Assembly: GCA_973895155.1 (NCBI GenBank)
Contig: OZ316897.1
Span: 20,798,260 to 20,862,259, forward strand
Source: Marsupella aquatica
Lineage: Eukaryota > Plantae > Marchantiophyta
Length of the DNA: 64,000 nucleotides
Direction: 5' to 3'
The notes below the pieces were generated by a model. That model saw only the letters and a list, made by a program, of their open reading frames with translations, was not told the origin of the DNA and did not search any database. The position numbers and the translations under genes are program-made. Of this stretch, positions 58,716 to 64,000 are shown piece by piece; the first letter of the stretch is position 1, and each line of letters starts with the position of its first letter.

Positions 58716-61700
58716 ATGGGGGAACCAGAGGCACGGCCAGACGAGAGGCCAGGGACCAGATTGAGCCAGCGGTCGCGCATACATTACAAGGCATTTCATG
58801 GGAGAGGAGATGAGGATCCGGACGAATGGTTGGATGATTTCGAGGGAACCGCTGCAGCAAATGGAGAATCGGCCATCAAGATGCAGATTCTTCCCGGCCT
58901 GTTCAAGGGTGAGGCTAGGCCTTGGTACAGAGCATTAGATGTGGAAGATCAAGCCATCTGGGATATCTTCAAAACACTCTTTGTTAAGGAGTTTTGACCC
59001 ATTGGAACTTCAGAACTAGCAATGCTGAAGTTGGGACAACTTCGGTTCAAGGAGAACAAATCCTTCAGGAAGTTCTTGCAACGCTTTCAGAAACTGGTAA
59101 GACGTACAAAGACCAATGCATCTGAAGGTATGCAACTTCAATGGTTGGTGAATGCTTTGCCACAGAAGATGAGTTTTGCAATTAGGAAGGAGAACCCGGA
59201 GACTTTAGCCGAAGCAATTAAGGATATTCAATTATACATTAATGCAGATATCACAAGCCGGAAGAAACAGCTTAAGTTTGAGAGTTCCTCATCAGAGGAG
59301 GGATCACCCCATAAGAAAAAAGATAAGAAGAAGAAACATCCCAAGAAGTCTAGAAGTGATAAGTCAAGCTCGGATAGTGGGAGTAGCAAGAGTGAGTCAT
59401 CTTCTAGTTCTGAAGAAGAAAAAACTAGGAAAAGGAAGGGCAGAAGGAGAGGGAAGACGAAAGTCAAGATGGAGGCTAAGCCACCAGATAACATCGTAGC
59501 CCTTACCGAGCAACTTAAGGCTATCATTGCAGAGGTAAAACCAAAGAAGAAGGTAGTACAGGAGGATAGCTCTGTATGGTGTGCCTTATGTTATAAAACC
59601 GGACACCATAAAGATGCGTGTCCTAAGCTTAATACTAATCATGTTCGGCATGTGGCCGAGATCAGACCATGTCAGGGAGAAGTAGAGTACTTTTTAGGAG
59701 ATGCCGCTGATAGTGTTTTCGGCATCAGTGAGACTGGAGCACGAGACCTATCCAACAGACCTGCATCTCTGTGGTCAGGGTTAAGGAACAATCCAGGAGA
59801 GATGTATCCTCGGATTATTCAGAACCCGTCAGTACCTCCTAGGCCGAATGTGCAAAGATTTGCGGCGTGCTATAATTGTGGTCAACCTGGCTATTTTGCT
59901 AGAGAATGCCCGAATGCACGCAAACAGGGTGATGGACAACCAGCTCAGCTATGTATGGGATGCCGACAGGAAGGTCATATGCTAGGGCAATGTCCTACTT
60001 GGTTGGCAGGCCTGGCCGCAAATCATAAGCTTTTGCCGATCAAGATCTTACCGCCAGGTACTACCCCCGGAGGAGTTCAAATCAACCACATCGAACTAGG
60101 ATGGCAAGAGGATACCGAGGCAGAGTTCGTACCATCTGTTGATGAGGCCAAAGCCCTATCAACCTTCTCAGAGGAGGATTTAGATCATGATTGCTACCGG
60201 GTCTCTACTCGATCTACCAGAAGGAAGGAAAGGTGGGATGGGCTGGCCAAAAATAAAGGGAAGGTTACGGAGGAAAGGATCGACTCTTCGTCAACATCAA
60301 CAGAAGGAGAAGGGAGGGCTCCGGCAATACAGGTAAGCCATGAGCCCACCAGTGAAACCAATCCTTCACAAGATAGCGACTTCAATCGAGATCATCCTAA
60401 GTTGTTCTACCCCTCTGTTACGGCTAGTGTTAAGGAACAACTAAGAGAATTAGAAACCCTGGAGAATACCGAAGCCATTGCCAAGGATGTAAAACGAGCA
60501 AAAGCATTGTTTGCTTCGGAAGACCCAACAGCTGTGGAGACTAGCGTGGCAAAACTGGCCGAATCCAAGACGGAAACACCACCAGAAGAGAAGCCGATTG
60601 TTCCCTATGACCTGGCTAAAGATGTACTAGAATCTAGAGTCTCGGCAACAGTAGGTCAACTATTGAAAAATAGCCCGTATTTCCGGAAGCAATTAAGGAA
60701 GGCTATTCTCGGCAAGCCGAGATTACCCAAGGTAGCAACCAGATCCGACGTACTAATGATAGAAGAAGATCAAGGAGCCCCAACATTACCATTAATGATT
60801 CAAGGAGAATTATTACTACGGGTACCCATCGATGGAGGATCAGGGGTATGTATTATGATTGATTCAACAGCAAAAGGGTGGGGTCTAACACCGGAGATGA
60901 CTGGAAGAGTGTTGAACATGGCCAATGGATATCAGGTCATTCCTACGGGAGTGTTAACCGGCATCAAGACAGAGATAGGAGGTATCTTCTTTAGCATTAA
61001 CTATGTAGTAATGAAGCCGGTAAATCCTACGTCATTCCGGCTATTGATTGGTAGGCCATGGCTGTACCTAGCCGAGGTAATAGAAGATTGGGGTAAAAAG
61101 CAGTTCACTTTCGGGACCCCCTCTATCACGGTATCTTGGGACACTAAGGATGACCGTAGGAAAAGCATAAGGGAAGTAGATGGGTACGACAGTGGACTGG
61201 AGTCAGCCGATGAAGTACGTTGGTTAGAATGCCTCACTAACCTAACCGAAGAAGGTGTCTTTGGACCAGAGGTAGCCCCCAGCGGATTATGGCAAGAACC
61301 AATGGAAGGTGACTTGGAAGAAGAAGACGAAGAGGTCGAGGACTGCTTTACAATAGAATCCACCTTTTTAGCTGCAATTCCGGAGGAAGTAAAGGATGTA
61401 GACCAATTGGATGAAACGGCTAAGTGGGGAGCAGTAGCAGGGACAGTGGATTTTCTGCAGGCGTTGTGGCAGAGCCGACGGGGTTCACAACGCCATCGAT
61501 CATCGGCAAGGAATTAAATACCAAGGGATCGGCATACAAGCCGATTACGAGGGCAGAACAAATTGAGGCCCTATTAGAAGCCGAGAGAGCACAGCGGCCT
61601 AACTCTCAGGAGTAAGAGGTGGATGAGATGGACAGACACGATCCAGAGCCAAGGCAGGAAGGGGAGCCGACCACTAATTCAAAACCGAATAGACCGGTAA

Positions 61701-61897
61701 GGGGACAATCTATGGACACCAAGGAAGGGACCGACTCGGCTAGTCCAGCCGAGATTCCAGTTTATGGAGGTATGAGATTAGAGAGACTGGAAGCCGAACT
61801 GGACCCGAATTTGAAGAAGCAGATTAATATGATCCAAGCACGACAATGATTTGCGGCCAGGCCTGCCAACCAAGTAGGACATTGCCCTAGCATATGA
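58716..61897 (+). pseudogene. Gypsy Gag (three CCHC-type knuckles) and protease, truncated before RT
   Basis: FHGRGDEDPDEWLDDF...GEARPWY; in-frame TGA at 58995; CALCYKTGHHKDAC, CYNCGQPGYFAREC, CMGCRQEGHMLGQC; VPIDGGSG...LLIGRPWL. Confidence 0.88.
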
Positions 61898-63597
61898 CCA
61901 GTAGTTTCAGCAGACTCTGCATGCCTGGTTGTTGCATCGCCAAGTCTTCCTTCCTGGGCCTAAACACCTGCTCGATCGTAGGACTAACAGGTGGTTGAGG
62001 CTTCTCAGCCAACGGCCTCGGCGTTGGAGCTTCCTCGGGTGCCCTTACCTGCAGGGGAAGTACCGGGGCAAAAGTCTGACCTCTGGCATACCGGCACAAC
62101 AGCGGCATGTGATAGCCAAGCCGCGACACGCTCCCCATGCCGATTACCTGCTGCTCCTCCTTTAAGATCATCTTCAATTGGTTGAGGAGGTACCCGTTGT
62201 AGTCCCGGCTTGGGTCTGGCCTTTCTGCCAGATAGACCTGTGCCTTGCCGATCTCTGCCCTCGGCAAGTTACAATGCATGGTCACCCGCAAGAAGTCGAT
62301 CATCTCTCCTATGTGCGGGTTGGTGCAGGTGTTCCGGAAGAAGCCATTCTTCGTTGATGGCCCGGGGAACGACCGGAACTCCTTGTCAGGCAGGGTCTTC
62401 CTGGTATCAACTTTGGTCTTATTGCCTATCGGCAAGCCAAACACTTCGGCAATTACCTTGGGAGTAAGATAGAAATCCTTCCCATATATCCTCGTGCAAT
62501 TGGTCTCGGGTTCCCATGACCCCACGAATTCTAATAGGTCTGACTCCGGTACCTCCGGCTTCAGCCATGGTAATCTTACAAAGGCCTCCAAGCCGGATCC
62601 GGCCATGAAGCCTTGGTACTTCTTGGTCTGCATGGCCGTAAAGCATGCATCCTCCTCCCGTGCAAAATGTAGTTGCACCTCCACCGGTAGGGTTGCCGCC
62701 CAGCCCTTCCAGGTGTCATCCCTGGTTGGAATGGCCTTGATGGGATCGACCTCCTCCTCTTCGGCTTCTCCCTGCCTCCTGCTCTGCTGCTCGGCTGGCC
62801 TCTTTGGTGCCGCCGACCTCGTTCTTTTTGCCGGGGTGGCTTCATCGTTGACGGCCCCCTTCCTCTTCATCTCTGCTGCCGTGGAGGTTTCTCCTAGCAC
62901 CGTTGCCTGGGTCCACCTTTCCGTGCTACCCTTTAATTCCCAGTGTATGTCGTTGCAGTTCTTGATGGCCTCTCGGATGCCGACGACGCTGTCTTTGCAA
63001 AACAGAAGATCGTCGAGTTGATTGGAAGTAGGCGTCCACAGGAACTCGTCCTTGATGAGTTCGCCTCCTAAGAAAGCCGTCTTCTGCAGCTCCCACAATC
63101 GAGCGAGCTCCTGCCGTTCTCGAGCTGCCCTTTCTGACTCCTCGTCCTCGTAAGTCTTGATGTACTCAGTTGCCCGTTCGAACAGGCATCCCCAGAAATG
63201 TGTCGCTTGATTGACGTTGCTCATACCCTCCTTAGGTCGATCGTCGGTATCTACTCTCTCCCCGAGTGCTTGCCTAAGCAGCTGACAGTAGTTGGTCTCC
63301 CGTAGTCGTCTGCCTAGTTCGTGCTCGCAAATGAGCCACCATCTCCTGCAAGCGCTCCTTACCCCTCTCCTCTGCCGGTCCTTCTTCCCGTTGATCCTTC
63401 CTAGCCGCCGACGCTTAACGCGCCCTAACCCTAATCGGGTTTTCATCCTCAGCCTTACCTCCGGCCTTGGCCCGGGTTCCATGGTTGCCCCTAATTGTTT
63501 ATATTTTCCTTGTTTTGTCCCTATACTAAGGTGTTCCTAGGGTGCTTTCCTGCTTTACCCACTTAACCGGCCGAGTGATTCCTGTCTAGGCATCACA
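61898..63597 (-). mobile_element. Inverted partial copy (first 1,700 bp) of the giant LTR, in 3'-LTR context
   Basis: Reverse complement of 53768-55467. ORF 61887-63482 is nearly identical to the N-terminal 528 aa. Preceded on the minus strand by purine-rich AGCGAGGAAGGGC. Confidence 0.9.
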
Positions 63598-63610
63598 GCC
63601 CTTCCTCGCT
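63598..63610 (-). promoter_or_regulatory. Putative polypurine tract
   Basis: Minus-strand AGCGAGGAAGGGC immediately before TGTGATGCC. Confidence 0.6.
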
Positions 63611-64000
63611 GAGATATAGCTCGATGATGTAGTCTTGCAGCTCATTGTAGCTGGAATCTCTGGTGATGGCTGTCTTCTCGCAATTAACCTCTGCTACCTT
63701 GGCCACCAGCTTCGCGTATCTTCGTTCATAAGCGGCTTTCTTGGGACAAGAGTACCAATAAGTCTTGGAGAACTTAGCACCTACCTTGCCAATCAAGGTC
63801 CAAAATCCCAAGGCTGTAAGGGTCATACTAACCTTTGTAGTCTGGTTTGTCGAGTCCACGTTCCCGCTGTTCGGTCTGCTTACTGGTGGAGGCCTTCTTT
63901 GTCCTAACTAAATCTCGCCACAACCCGCTCTTATCTCTCAATAATCTCCTTGTAAAGGTCAGCTTGATGTGAGCAAAAAGGCGAGTGAATGGCAGCGTCC

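Overview
Eukaryotic, intron-containing plant genomic DNA. Compact genes and the TE families suggest a non-seed land plant such as a bryophyte, lycophyte or fern; this is inference only. There are three recognisable spliced host genes, all on the minus strand: an FQR1/WrbA-type NAD(P)H:quinone reductase (1141-4100), a UDP-galactose/UDP-glucose transporter of the UTr3/SLC35B1 type (26311-28747) and eIF3 subunit H (35653-39551). A Gag-like orphan ORF lies at about 31 kb. The rest is mostly transposons. (i) A Ty3/gypsy element (5527-21688, minus) has a single-frame polyprotein Gag-PR-DNMT3-like cytosine methyltransferase-RT-RNaseH-IN-PHD finger. Its termini are split direct repeats (B-body-A-B-A) rather than two ordinary LTRs, and it has a probable self-priming site. 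A full-length Ty1/copia element (8080-14682, 5-bp TSD) interrupts it. (ii) An internally deleted PIF/Harbinger element (22502-25519). (iii) A nest from about 39.8 to 64 kb of LINE fragments and LTR pieces, including three copies of a giant (~4.7 kb) Tat-like LTR that itself encodes a ~1,200-codon protein with a plant-mobile-domain-like motif and a long coiled coil. The most notable items are the DNMT3+PHD gypsy with permuted termini and the protein-coding giant LTR.
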